This document shows positions 8,725 through 17,157 of a stretch of 27,740 bases of DNA, one piece after another. Numbering within the stretch: the first letter of the stretch is position 1; every line of letters starts with the position of its first letter. The DNA comes from an uncultured Flavobacteriales bacterium (GTDB taxonomy: Bacteria; Pseudomonadota; Alphaproteobacteria; UBA8366; CAVOAK01), in the NCBI GenBank assembly GCA_964501745.1, contig CAZCVU010000001.1:1-27740 (forward strand), given 5' to 3'. The notes under the pieces are model-generated. The model was not told the origin of the DNA. It was given only the letters and a program-made list of their open reading frames with translations, and searched no databases. A program made the position numbers and the translations under genes.

Positions 8725-10163
8725 GTTGTGGCTTCGTCCGGCAGCGAGAGCTGATCGAACTGCGCCAGCAGCAACTCCTCATCGTCGACGCAACGCAGGT
8801 CAAACAGCAATGCGCCCTTTGCGATGCGGCCGATCACCGGGACTGACAGACCGCGAAAAGCTTCGGACAGCCGGGCCAACACCTTACCTCCGCCGCGCCT
8901 GCCAGCATGCGGCCGGATCGCCAGCGCAACGCTGGGCAATCGTTCTACGGGCAGTGAACCGCTGCCAACCTGGCCCATGCAATCGGCAATCGTCACGCTG
9001 GCAATATCCTGCAGCTTTTGCGATAGCAGCGGCGCCAGCCGTCGGGCCATGGCGGCAAGCTCATCAGGTGGCCGCGTCAGATGGATCAGAACCGGCAGGC
9101 GCTCGGCCAACCGGTCCGGATCGGCGTAAAGCCGCAAAACCGCACCAAGAGCAGCGATCGTCAGCTTGTCGACCCGCAAGGCGCGTTTCATCGGATTGCG
9201 GTTGATCCTGGCGACGAGATCGGCGCGGCCGGCGATGATACCGGCCTGCGGACCGCCGAGCAGCTTATCACCACTGAAGGTTACGAGATCCGCGCCAGCC
9301 GACAGGGTTTCCCGGACCGTCGGCTCGTGCGGCAATCCAAAGGGTTCGAGATCGACCAGCGAACCGCTTCCCAGGTCGACGACCAATGGCAATTCCTTCT
9401 CGTCGGCCAGCTCGGCCAACTTCGCGAACGGCACGCTGGCGCTGAAACCTGCCACCACGTAGTTGCTGGTATGAACCTTCATCAGGAGCGAGCTTTGCGC
9501 GCGAATGGCGGCGGCATAATCCTCGAGGTGAGTCCGGTTGGTGGTTCCCACCTCAACGAGCTTGCAGCCGGCGCGGGCCATGATATCGGGCATCCGGAAC
9601 GAACCGCCGATCTCGATCAATTCGCCACGGGAAACCAGAACTTCCTTGCGCAGCGCCAAACTGTTGAGCACAAGCAGAACCGCCGCCGCATTGTTGTTCA
9701 CAACCGTCACCGCTTCGGCGCCAGTCAGTCCGCGGAGCAAACCTTCCAGGTGATCGTCGCGGGAGCCGCGACGCCCCGATACCAGATCGTATTCCAAATC
9801 CGAAGCGCCGTGCGCCGCTTCGGCCATCGCCGTCACAGCGACATCTGGCAACGGCGAGCGACCGAGATTGGTATGGATAACTATGCCGGTCAGGTTGAAG
9901 ACACGTCTTGGTGCGATGCGCGCCGAAGCGTTTAGATATCGCTCGACCGGATCGAGCAGATCATCATGCGATATTGCCTCGGACAGACCGGCTGCCAAAT
10001 GCGCTCGGCGAACGCGTGCGAACTCATCGCGGACGGCCTCCTTCACTCTCGCCCGGCCATATCTGGTAATCAGCGTCTTGGTTCGCGCCAGGGACAGGAT
10101 GCGGTCCACCGAGGGCAGCTTAACCCTCGCTGTCGTCTGCTTGTTCAAAACGGACCTGGACAT
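8721..10163 (-). CDS. selA: L-seryl-tRNA(Sec) selenium transferase
   Basis: VFNLTGIVIHTNLGRS, VVNNNAAAVLL, SRGELIEIGGSFR, EVGTTNRTH, PLP lysine in FSGDKLLGGPQAG. Overlaps selB by 4 bp (ATGA). Confidence 0.97.
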   Translation of the reverse strand: MSRSVLNKQTTARVKLPSVDRILSLARTKTLITRYGRARVKEAVRDEFARVRRAHLAAGLSEAISHDDLLDPVERYLNASARIAPRRVFNLTGIVIHTNLGRSPLPDVAVTAMAEAAHGASDLEYDLVSGRRGSRDDHLEGLLRGLTGAEAVTVVNNNAAAVLLVLNSLALRKEVLVSRGELIEIGGSFRMPDIMARAGCKLVEVGTTNRTHLEDYAAAIRAQSSLLMKVHTSNYVVAGFSASVPFAKLAELADEKELPLVVDLGSGSLVDLEPFGLPHEPTVRETLSAGADLVTFSGDKLLGGPQAGIIAGRADLVARINRNPMKRALRVDKLTIAALGAVLRLYADPDRLAERLPVLIHLTRPPDELAAMARRLAPLLSQKLQDIASVTIADCMGQVGSGSLPVERLPSVALAIRPHAGRRGGGKVLARLSEAFRGLSVPVIGRIAKGALLFDLRCVDDEELLLAQFDQLSLPDEATT

Positions 10164-10254
10164 TCATAGAGTTTAGGGTTGAGCGTCGGCGACATGCGTA
10201 AGCCTACGGCGGGGCAGTCTTCGCCAACGCTATGGTGCAACCGATAGGCAGACC

Positions 10255-10416
10255 TTACTCGGTCGGCAGACGCTCATCGCCCTGGGTCGGCTCGACGGTG
10301 TCTTCGTTCCGTTTCTTCGACTTTGCCCGTTTTGCCTCAAGCCGGGCGGCTTTCTTCGCGGCCTTTGCACGCTCTCGCTGCAAACGCTCAAATCGGTAGT
10401 TCGGCTTACCTGCCAT
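10255..10416 (-). CDS. Small basic helical protein, 53 aa (absent from ORF track)
   Basis: MAGKPNYRFERLQRERAKAAKKAARLEAKRAKSKKRNEDTVEPTQGDERLPTE*, RBS GAAAGGA. The K-P-N-Y-x-F-E-K/R start resembles a recurrent proteobacterial small-protein family (from recall). Confidence 0.7.
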   Translation of the reverse strand: MAGKPNYRFERLQRERAKAAKKAARLEAKRAKSKKRNEDTVEPTQGDERLPTE

Positions 10417-10557
10417 GCTCGTCCTTTCAATCAATCGGTGACGGTGGCGTCATAGACGCAAGCCTATCATATACCGCGCCCGAGGCTTGGATTAAGTCGT
10501 GGCACCGCTGTTATGTCTTTCCAGAGGCAATCGGCACTATACCAACGACGCAAGTGT

Positions 10558-10571
10558 TTGATTTCAATCAA
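10558..10571. promoter_or_regulatory. FNR/FixK-type binding site
   Basis: TTGAT-TTCA-ATCAA, an exact match to TTGAT-N4-ATCAA, in the divergent region between the small ORF/selA and the porin gene. Confidence 0.75.
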
Positions 10572-10883
10572 TGCGCCGAGACCAGCGGCGGGTCATAGGT
10601 GAAATCCCTGCCGCTGCAGCAATCGAAACGAATGAAGCCTATCCAAACGAGACATGATCAAACCCGATTGCGCCGTTGCAGGTAATCAGGCCGTCCAATT
10701 CCCGACCATAGGTTCGGAGATGCGGCCTTTGACTCGTCGATCCGGCCTGTTCGACAACCATCAGGCCCCGTATAGGGAGTCACCTGATTTATGTCGGCTC
10801 AATCACGGAAGAATCCAGCCACAGTGGCAATGGCGAACGCTCTAAGCTCCCCGACCGATCCAGCCTCGCAGAGAGGGTGTCCG

Positions 10884-12181
10884 ATGCGGCATGCAAGCAA
10901 ACATCTGCTGGAAGTTTGTCCATGGTTCCACCCTGGCGGCGCTGGCCGCCAAGCGGCAAAGGTGATTCTCGCAGGTGCCTTTTTGGGAGTCTTCGGACCG
11001 GCCCTCGGCGTTGAAGCGGCGGACAACCCTGTCGTCGAGGCCCTCACCGGCGGAACGCCCTATATCGATGTTCGTTTCGCTACGAGCACGTCAATCAGGC
11101 CGGCCTTTCCAAGGACGCCGATGCGACGACTGTGCGGACGCGAATCGGCTACGTGACCGACGAGAACCTGGTGCTTTCGGGTCGGCTGGAGGCAGAGCGC
11201 ATCGACCACATCGGCTATCAACACTTCAATAGCACCACCAACGGGCATACGGCGTTTCCCACCGTTGCCGATCCCGACGAAACTGAAATCAACCGGCTCT
11301 ATCTTCAGTTCACCGGCCTCACCGACACGATCCTGAAAGGGGGTCGCCAGCGCGTCAACCTGGACAACGCCCGCTTCGTTGGCAGCGTACCTTTCCGTCA
11401 GAACGAGCAAACCTTCGATTCTCTGGCCGTCATCAATACCAGCCTGCCGGACACCCGCCTGTTCTATGGCTACGTGTGGAAGGTCAACCGGGTCTTCGGG
11501 GACGTCTCCGAAAACGGCAATTTCCACACCAGTACACATCTGTTCAACGGGTCCTACGATGGTCTCGGGTTCGTGAAGCCCTCGGCTTACGTCTACCTCC
11601 TGGACCTTACTGAACCGAGCCAGGAGAACTCCTCGACGGCAACCTACGGTCTCAGGTTCACCGGCAAAACGGCGATAGCCAAGGGCTGGGACGCTCTCTA
11701 TACCGCAGAATTCGCCCATCAGACGGACTGGGCCGAAAGCAATGTCGACAACAACCACAACTACTATACCGCCGAGGTCGGGTTGGCGGCGACCGAGCTC
11801 GCCTCCGTCTTCGACCTGACCGCGAAGATAGGTTACGAGGTCCTGGACGGGGATGGCACGCGGGCCATCCAGATGCCACTCGCCACTCTGTTTGCTTTCA
11901 ACGGCTGGGCCGACAGGTTCCTGGCAAGCACACCGGCGACCGGCCTTATTGACCAATACGCCTCGATCGGTATCAAGGCGCACGGGATCAGCCTCTTAGC
12001 CGCCTACCACGATTTCGACGCCGAGGAAGGCAGCCTGGACCATGGCGAGGAATGGAATTTCCGGATCGCCCGCACGTTTTTCAACCACCTGACCCTGGCT
12101 CTCCGGTACGCCACCTATTCGGCGAGAAATACTTCCGTCGATATCGACAAGCTGTGGGCTACCGCGCAGGTCAAGTTCTAG
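10884..12181 (+). pseudogene. Alginate-export (AlgE)-family outer-membrane beta-barrel, frameshifted at ~11075-11078
   Basis: RBS GAGAGGG and ATG 10884 give a signal-like leader then EALTGGTPYIDVR. After GTT CGT TT the other frame reads RYEHVNQAGLSKDADATTVRTRIGY...GRQRVNLDNARFVGSVPFRQNEQTFDS and ends AQVKF (terminal Phe). One base is missing in a TTT run. Confidence 0.8.
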
Positions 12182-12207
12182 GTACCCTGGCTTGAACCCT
12201 TTCCTGA

Positions 12208-12243
12208 CTGTCGCGACAGCGGTGTCAGCCAGTGGCTGACCGC
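12208..12243. terminator. Palindrome and hairpin between the convergent porin and TlpA genes (possible terminator)
   Basis: CTGTCGCGACAG perfect palindrome (12208-12219), followed by the GTCAGCC-AGT-GGCTGAC hairpin. No clear U-tract. Confidence 0.35.
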
Positions 12244-12376
12244 CTAGAACCGGTCCCCGAATGTTGAGGGATTTGGCGCATTCTGACGTTTCGGAATGGA
12301 ACACGGAGTGAGCCGCAAATGTTGCACCCGGGTGGCACCCGGCTAAAGCTCGCCGCGGAAGTCCACCCGAAACACC

Positions 12377-12913
12377 TCAACCGAGCTTGTCGATGACCTT
12401 GGCCAGTTGCTCACGGCGCAGATAATGGCGGCCGTGCGGGCCGGCATCGCCACCCAGGCGAAATACCTCGCGGCCGGCAGCGTCAAAGATATAGGCCGCC
12501 GGAATACTGCGCACACCGCCGAAGCTGCGGGCGATGTCGCTGTTACCCTTGACCACCGGAATGCTCGGATCGATGCGCTGCAGCATGCGCGCGAGCCGCG
12601 GCTTCGATTCGCCAATCATGTCCTCGAACCAGTTGACGGCAATTACGCTGACCGTATCGCTGCCTTCACTCTCGATGTAGCGGCTGATCTCGCCGAACTC
12701 GGCAGCGCAGGGCGGGCACCAGCTGGCGAAGAAGGTGACGAGCACCGGACGGCCATCGAAGGCCGACGCCTCGACGCCATCACGCAGTGCGGTCAGCGCC
12801 ATCAGCTGTGCCTTGACTTGCGATGTCAATTGAAGCCGATCTTGCGCCTGCGCGGGCGTTGCAGCCGCCATCGCCAACAAAACAAGCGCCAGAGCCCAAA
12901 TATGAAGTTTCAT
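12377..12913 (-). CDS. TlpA/ResA-like exported thioredoxin-fold disulfide reductase
   Basis: Signal peptide, GRPVLVTFFASWCPPCAAEF (CxxC), VIAVN, FGGVRSIPAAYIFD. Confidence 0.88.
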   Translation of the reverse strand: MKLHIWALALVLLAMAAATPAQAQDRLQLTSQVKAQLMALTALRDGVEASAFDGRPVLVTFFASWCPPCAAEFGEISRYIESEGSDTVSVIAVNWFEDMIGESKPRLARMLQRIDPSIPVVKGNSDIARSFGGVRSIPAAYIFDAAGREVFRLGGDAGPHGRHYLRREQLAKVIDKLG

Positions 12914-13125
12914 CTGTATGACCTCTCAAACGCAGCAGCAGGACATTCGAGCGAACCAAGCCCAACCGCCATACTTTAGCGATGGGCACGTCCTCACTTG
13001 AAGTCACACTTGCGTTAGCCGGTAGCTTGACGGGGTGGCGCAGCCGCTCAGAGTCGCCTGACGCTCCACTCCTCGACGATCCTTAGAGCGCTTAGCCTCG
13101 CAAGAACTCCTCTGAAACCCACACG

Positions 13126-14124
13126 CTAGCTGTTTCGCGGCCGCTGACGCCTGATCGCGTCGAAGGCCCGGCCGCCGGTCTCGCGATAGAACACATAGAG
13201 CCCGGAACCGCCGATCAGGGCAATACCGAGCCAGGTCACCGCGTCCGGCCAGTCGCCCCAGATGACGACGCCCCAGAACACCGCCAGCGGCATCGCCAGG
13301 TATTCAAACGGCGCGATCAGGCCGGCTTCCGAGGTTCGATAAGCCTGGCTGATGAGATAGGCGCCGGCAGCATTCAGGCCGCCGATGGCGAGGATGATCA
13401 GCGCGTCGCCGCCGCTCGGCCAGACCCAGACGCGCAGCAGAAAATCCAGGCTGGGACCGACCCCGCCCGCGAAGCGGCCGTCGCCGACGCTCAGGCCGAC
13501 GCTGCTGCTGACGACGATGAAGGTGAGCTGAATATAGAACGCCATGGTCGAGGCCTTTTCAGCGATGCCGAGCTTGCGCGTCATCATCTGCATCAGCGCA
13601 TAGGCAAAGGCGGCGGCCACGGGAAACAGCGCCGCCGCCCGAAACACCTCATCGCCGGGCCGCAGCATCACCACCACACCCGAAAGGCCGATCAAGACAG
13701 CGATCCAGCGCCGTGGGCCAACCCGCTCAGCCAGCAGCACTACCGACAGCACCGTGATGAACAGCGGCGCGATGAAGAACAGCGCCGTCGCCTCGCCCAG
13801 CGGCAGCGTCGCCAGCCCCATCAAGAAGGTAATGTTGGCGCAGACGATCGCCAGCCCCCTGAGCAGGTGCAGCGGCAGGCGCCGGGTCAGCAGATTGCGA
13901 TAACCACCCTCCAGCGGCACCAGGATTGCCAGCGTGATGGTGAGCGCGATGGAGGCCCGGATCAGAACGATCTGATGCAGCGCGTAGTCGCCGCTCAGCC
14001 ACTTGATGGCCATGTCCTGGGTGGTAAAGATGAAGACCGCGACGACCGCACACGAGATGCCAAGCAGATTGGCCGCCGGTCTGGCGTCGATTGGTGGCGC
14101 GGCGGGCGGCGCGGCGTCTGGCAC
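13126..14124 (-). CDS. DMT/EamA family transporter
   Basis: LPLGEATALFFIAPLFITVLSVVLLAERVGPRRW, VVMLRPG, APFEYLAMPLAVFWG. GTG start at 14124 after GGGAGAAG. Confidence 0.9.
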   Translation of the reverse strand: MPDAAPPAAPPIDARPAANLLGISCAVVAVFIFTTQDMAIKWLSGDYALHQIVLIRASIALTITLAILVPLEGGYRNLLTRRLPLHLLRGLAIVCANITFLMGLATLPLGEATALFFIAPLFITVLSVVLLAERVGPRRWIAVLIGLSGVVVMLRPGDEVFRAAALFPVAAAFAYALMQMMTRKLGIAEKASTMAFYIQLTFIVVSSSVGLSVGDGRFAGGVGPSLDFLLRVWVWPSGGDALIILAIGGLNAAGAYLISQAYRTSEAGLIAPFEYLAMPLAVFWGVVIWGDWPDAVTWLGIALIGGSGLYVFYRETGGRAFDAIRRQRPRNS

Positions 14125-14431
14125 GGCGCGGTCTTCTCCCCGGGCTGTGGGTTGGGCCAAGCGGCGTTGCTCGAACAAACAGGTCGAGACCGCTCGGCGC
14201 GGAAACGATGCGCCGAATTCTCCTAGGCCCGGCGCCAAATGTCCAACGGGAATGCGATTTTACTGTGGGAAGGTACAATGCGGCCCAGGCGGCTCACAGG
14301 CATCTGAGACGATAGCGTCTGCCGCTACCGCGTCGGGCAGCTAGAGTCCCGCTCAGGCGAGCTGTGCCCGCGCCCACCAATCGTCGCTGAAGCAGTTGGC
14401 GATAACTGCGCAGGCTGGCCGGCGCAGACCT

Positions 14432-15199
14432 TCACACGCGGTATGATGCCTCCGATCGGGCGTCGTCGATCTCGTTTGGCGGATAGCTCGCCCACTTATC
14501 CTCGTAATACTTCGCCCGCATGTCGCCATCGGACTGTCTATTGAAGGTCAGGAAGATGTTACGCCGGCTGCGGTCGCTGGTATTGGCCGGCGATCCATGC
14601 GGCACGTAGGCATCGAAGAAGACAACGTCTCCAGGATCGGCCTCGAGCAGGGCGTACTCCTCCGCGGGTTGGTAAGGCGGATCGTCCTCGGTCAGCGGCT
14701 GCCACTCCTCGGTCATCAGTCGCCGTTCGTAGTTGCCGGACACCATGAAGCTCAAGGCCGCGTTCGCCATTCTGTTCGCATCCACGACGATGCCCATGGT
14801 GATGAAGACGTCGCAATAGGCGTTCCAGCCGGCAGCCTGGTCCTGATGCAGCTTGTCGGGCCGGCAGCCGGGCAGCTTGTAGTTGATCTTTTCCTTGAAG
14901 AGAACGGGTGGCTCACCCAACAGCTGGGTCAGGCATTCGATAGCTTTGGCTGTGACGAGAAGATCGGCAAGTTCGGGATTGTGGTCGCCCAGCACATTTT
15001 CAATGCGAACCAGGATGTTCTCGCCAGAAAACGTGCTTTTCTCGAAGTATTTTGCCTCCTGGCCATCGCCGGGCTGCTTGTCCCGTAGCTCGTCCAGGCA
15101 GGCGGATACCTTGTCGATCGCGGCCTTGTCGAAGAAGCCCTTGACGACGATGAACCCCTTGCTTTCGAACTCCTTGGTTTGTTCCGTGGTCAAGAACAT
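14432..15199 (-). CDS. Phytanoyl-CoA dioxygenase (PhyH) family Fe(II)/2OG oxygenase, PhnY*-like
   Basis: LFKEKINYKLPG, HQD...AGW, PGDVVFFDAYVPHGS, RRNIFLTFN, YYEDKWASYPP. RBS GAGGAG. Confidence 0.85.
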   Translation of the reverse strand: MFLTTEQTKEFESKGFIVVKGFFDKAAIDKVSACLDELRDKQPGDGQEAKYFEKSTFSGENILVRIENVLGDHNPELADLLVTAKAIECLTQLLGEPPVLFKEKINYKLPGCRPDKLHQDQAAGWNAYCDVFITMGIVVDANRMANAALSFMVSGNYERRLMTEEWQPLTEDDPPYQPAEEYALLEADPGDVVFFDAYVPHGSPANTSDRSRRNIFLTFNRQSDGDMRAKYYEDKWASYPPNEIDDARSEASYRV

Positions 15200-15324
15200 C
15201 TTGTGCTCCTCGGTCTATTCGGGAGCATTTCCGATCAGCCGCGTCTCGACTGCTCCCCGACTTGACTCAAGCTGCTGATCGCCCCAATGGATCAAAATCC
15301 GTACAGCGATGATCGTGGCTCCGC

Positions 15325-15951
15325 TTAGGCGAGCTGTTCCCGCGCGCGCCATTCATCGCTGACGTAATTGACGATGATCGAGCGGCGTACGCCGCGCAGC
15401 GGACGCCTGGCAAAACCGTGCCAGGTGTCGCCGCCGGGGATGAAGATCAGGCCGCGGTTGGGCGCGAACGGTGCCCGGCCAACATGTCTTTTGTCCTGGT
15501 CGTAGATGTCGGTGCCGGCATCGGCCAATTCCGGCTCCTTCGAGAAATAGACCAGCATGGTAAACATCTTGACGCCGATATCGGTGTGCGGCTCGAGCCA
15601 GAAGCCATCGCTGTCCTGGGTGTATTCGATCCTGAGGTTGCCCTGCGAGAGATCGATGCCGCAGGTGCGTTCAAGCTTGTCGATCACGTGCTGGTCCTTG
15701 AAGGCCTCGACGACCTGGCGGCAGACCGGTTCGCGGGCGCAAAGCTCGGGATTGAAATAGGTCCGGCTCTCGTTGTTGCACTCCCGCGTGCCGTCATAGA
15801 GGGTGAGTTTCGGCGGCTCAATCGGTAGTTCCAGAATGCCGTCGCAGGCCTCCTCCGTCAGTACGTCCTCGAGCAGCCAATAACGAAAAGGCTCGGTCTC
15901 GGCCTGGGCCCTGTCGAGACAGTCTAGAAAGGCTTCGGTGATCTGGTTCAT
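15325..15951 (-). CDS. Fe(II)/2OG oxygenase (2OG-FeII_Oxy_3-like)
   Basis: EPF-YW start, LRIEY...GFWLEPHTD (HxD), TWHGF (distal His), RRSIIVNY (2OG Arg). Confidence 0.85.
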   Translation of the reverse strand: MNQITEAFLDCLDRAQAETEPFRYWLLEDVLTEEACDGILELPIEPPKLTLYDGTRECNNESRTYFNPELCAREPVCRQVVEAFKDQHVIDKLERTCGIDLSQGNLRIEYTQDSDGFWLEPHTDIGVKMFTMLVYFSKEPELADAGTDIYDQDKRHVGRAPFAPNRGLIFIPGGDTWHGFARRPLRGVRRSIIVNYVSDEWRAREQLA

Positions 15952-15995
15952 TTCATGCCCTCGCGATAGTTGATCGGCTTACAAGAAACTTCGAT

Positions 15996-16613
15996 TCAAA
16001 AACGGGACAGGTAGCGTTTCACCTTCGCCGACAGACGGTGGCGCGTCGTCTCGCGCCAGGCCGCAGCCTTGCTCGACATCCAGTTGAACATCACGTAGCG
16101 GCGCTGTCCGACATAGCGTTCGTGGCCGTGGAAGGAATTCTCGGAGCGTTTGAAGGCGATGAGTGTGCCGCCATTTGGCGGCACTTCCGCGATCGCATCG
16201 CTGACGTCGTGGGCGCTGCGCAGAAAACGCAGCCGCCCACCGGCCTGATCCCAGACGTCGTTGAGGTAGAGCAGTGCGGTGACCAGCTTGGTCTCGGTGT
16301 CGGTATGAATGCGGCCGTCCTCCTTGCGGCAAATTCCGCGCACGGTGATCATCATCGGCTTGCTGAGGAGATCGAGGCCGAACTTCTCGGACATGATTGC
16401 CGCGAGCTCGGGGCTGCGGATTTCATCGATCAGACTGCCGAAATTGGGACCATAGTTGAGCTCGGCCAGCGGAAAAATGCCGGGCCTGCCGATATCCGGA
16501 AAATCGACCTGAATATCTGCAAGCGCTGCGGGGGCCAGCAGGTCGGTGGCAACGAAATATTTGAAAGGTTCCGCCGCCACCGGTGCCGCGGCGAGGGCGT
16601 TCAGATCAAGCAT
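15996..16613 (-). CDS. Fe(II)/2OG oxygenase (2OG-FeII_Oxy_3-like)
   Basis: EPFKYFV, GRIHTDTETKLVTALLYLN (HxD), GGRLRFLR, SFHGH, RRYVMFNW. Start at ATG 16613 or GTG 16619. Confidence 0.85.
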   Translation of the reverse strand: MLDLNALAAAPVAAEPFKYFVATDLLAPAALADIQVDFPDIGRPGIFPLAELNYGPNFGSLIDEIRSPELAAIMSEKFGLDLLSKPMMITVRGICRKEDGRIHTDTETKLVTALLYLNDVWDQAGGRLRFLRSAHDVSDAIAEVPPNGGTLIAFKRSENSFHGHERYVGQRRYVMFNWMSSKAAAWRETTRHRLSAKVKRYLSRF

Positions 16614-16711
16614 CGGCACGAACGGGTCATCCGGAAAGGGAAGCTCCTGCTGCAGGGAGGGCTCGGAAGTTCATGGCTAGCCCCGGATAGGCATGTCGCT
16701 GGCTGGCGTAA

Positions 16712-16725
16712 ATGACATAGATCAA
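16712..16725. promoter_or_regulatory. Degenerate FNR/FixK-type site upstream of the oxygenase genes
   Basis: ATGAC-ATAG-ATCAA (8/10 match), ~100 nt before the 16613 start. Confidence 0.4.
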
Positions 16726-16874
16726 TAGCGGACCTCCGGGGAGCGATACCGCGCCGACGGGGAGCGACACCAAATCGACCGGACGGCGCCATTCGCCCCG
16801 AAGAGGCGGGCCAACGAGCTCGCATGACCCGCGGAATCCGAAGCCGAACCGCGCGAAGCGTACGGCATGATAAA

Positions 16875-16917
16875 TTGATCTAAATCAACGCAGAGCAGGC
16901 CAAGCGTTGACTATATT
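16875..16917 (+). promoter_or_regulatory. FNR/FixK class II promoter for the radical SAM gene
   Basis: Exact TTGAT-CTAA-ATCAA at 16875-16888 plus TATATT at 16912-16917, placing the box centre at about -42.5. Confidence 0.75.
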
Positions 16918-17157
16918 CGGTCATCGTGTTCACTTCATGAACGAATGGATCGAATTCAGAACTATCCCAGGTTCCCATTGCTTGTAAGCAATGGCATGCG
17001 GCTGCGAGTTTGGCTAGCCGAGAGGACGGTGTGAAATGCGACCAGAGTTCCGGTCGGAAACCTTTTCCTCGGACGGTTAGGTGACTCTTAGGCGAGGCTG
17101 CCAGAGCAGTCGTCTCGGCCCCACGAGCCCGGCTTACATCTGCACCCGGTGGAGAGT

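Noticed and set aside
5288-11983. Long antisense or alternative-frame ORFs (e.g. 5288-5896, 8047-8754, 9081-9935, 11060-11983)
   Set aside because: They lie opposite well-supported genes and are expected in GC-rich coding DNA; no family motifs.
12377-12913. TlpA as the electron donor for the selenoprotein
   Set aside because: TlpA has an export signal (periplasmic) while the selenoprotein has none, and they are 6 kb apart.
16930-17090. Short ORFs (e.g. MNEWIEFRTIPGSHCL, MRPEFRSETFSSDG) as RiPP precursors for the radical SAM enzyme
   Set aside because: No convincing leader/core pattern, several overlapping candidates as expected by chance, and no RRE/PqqD domain, peptidase or peptide exporter adjacent.
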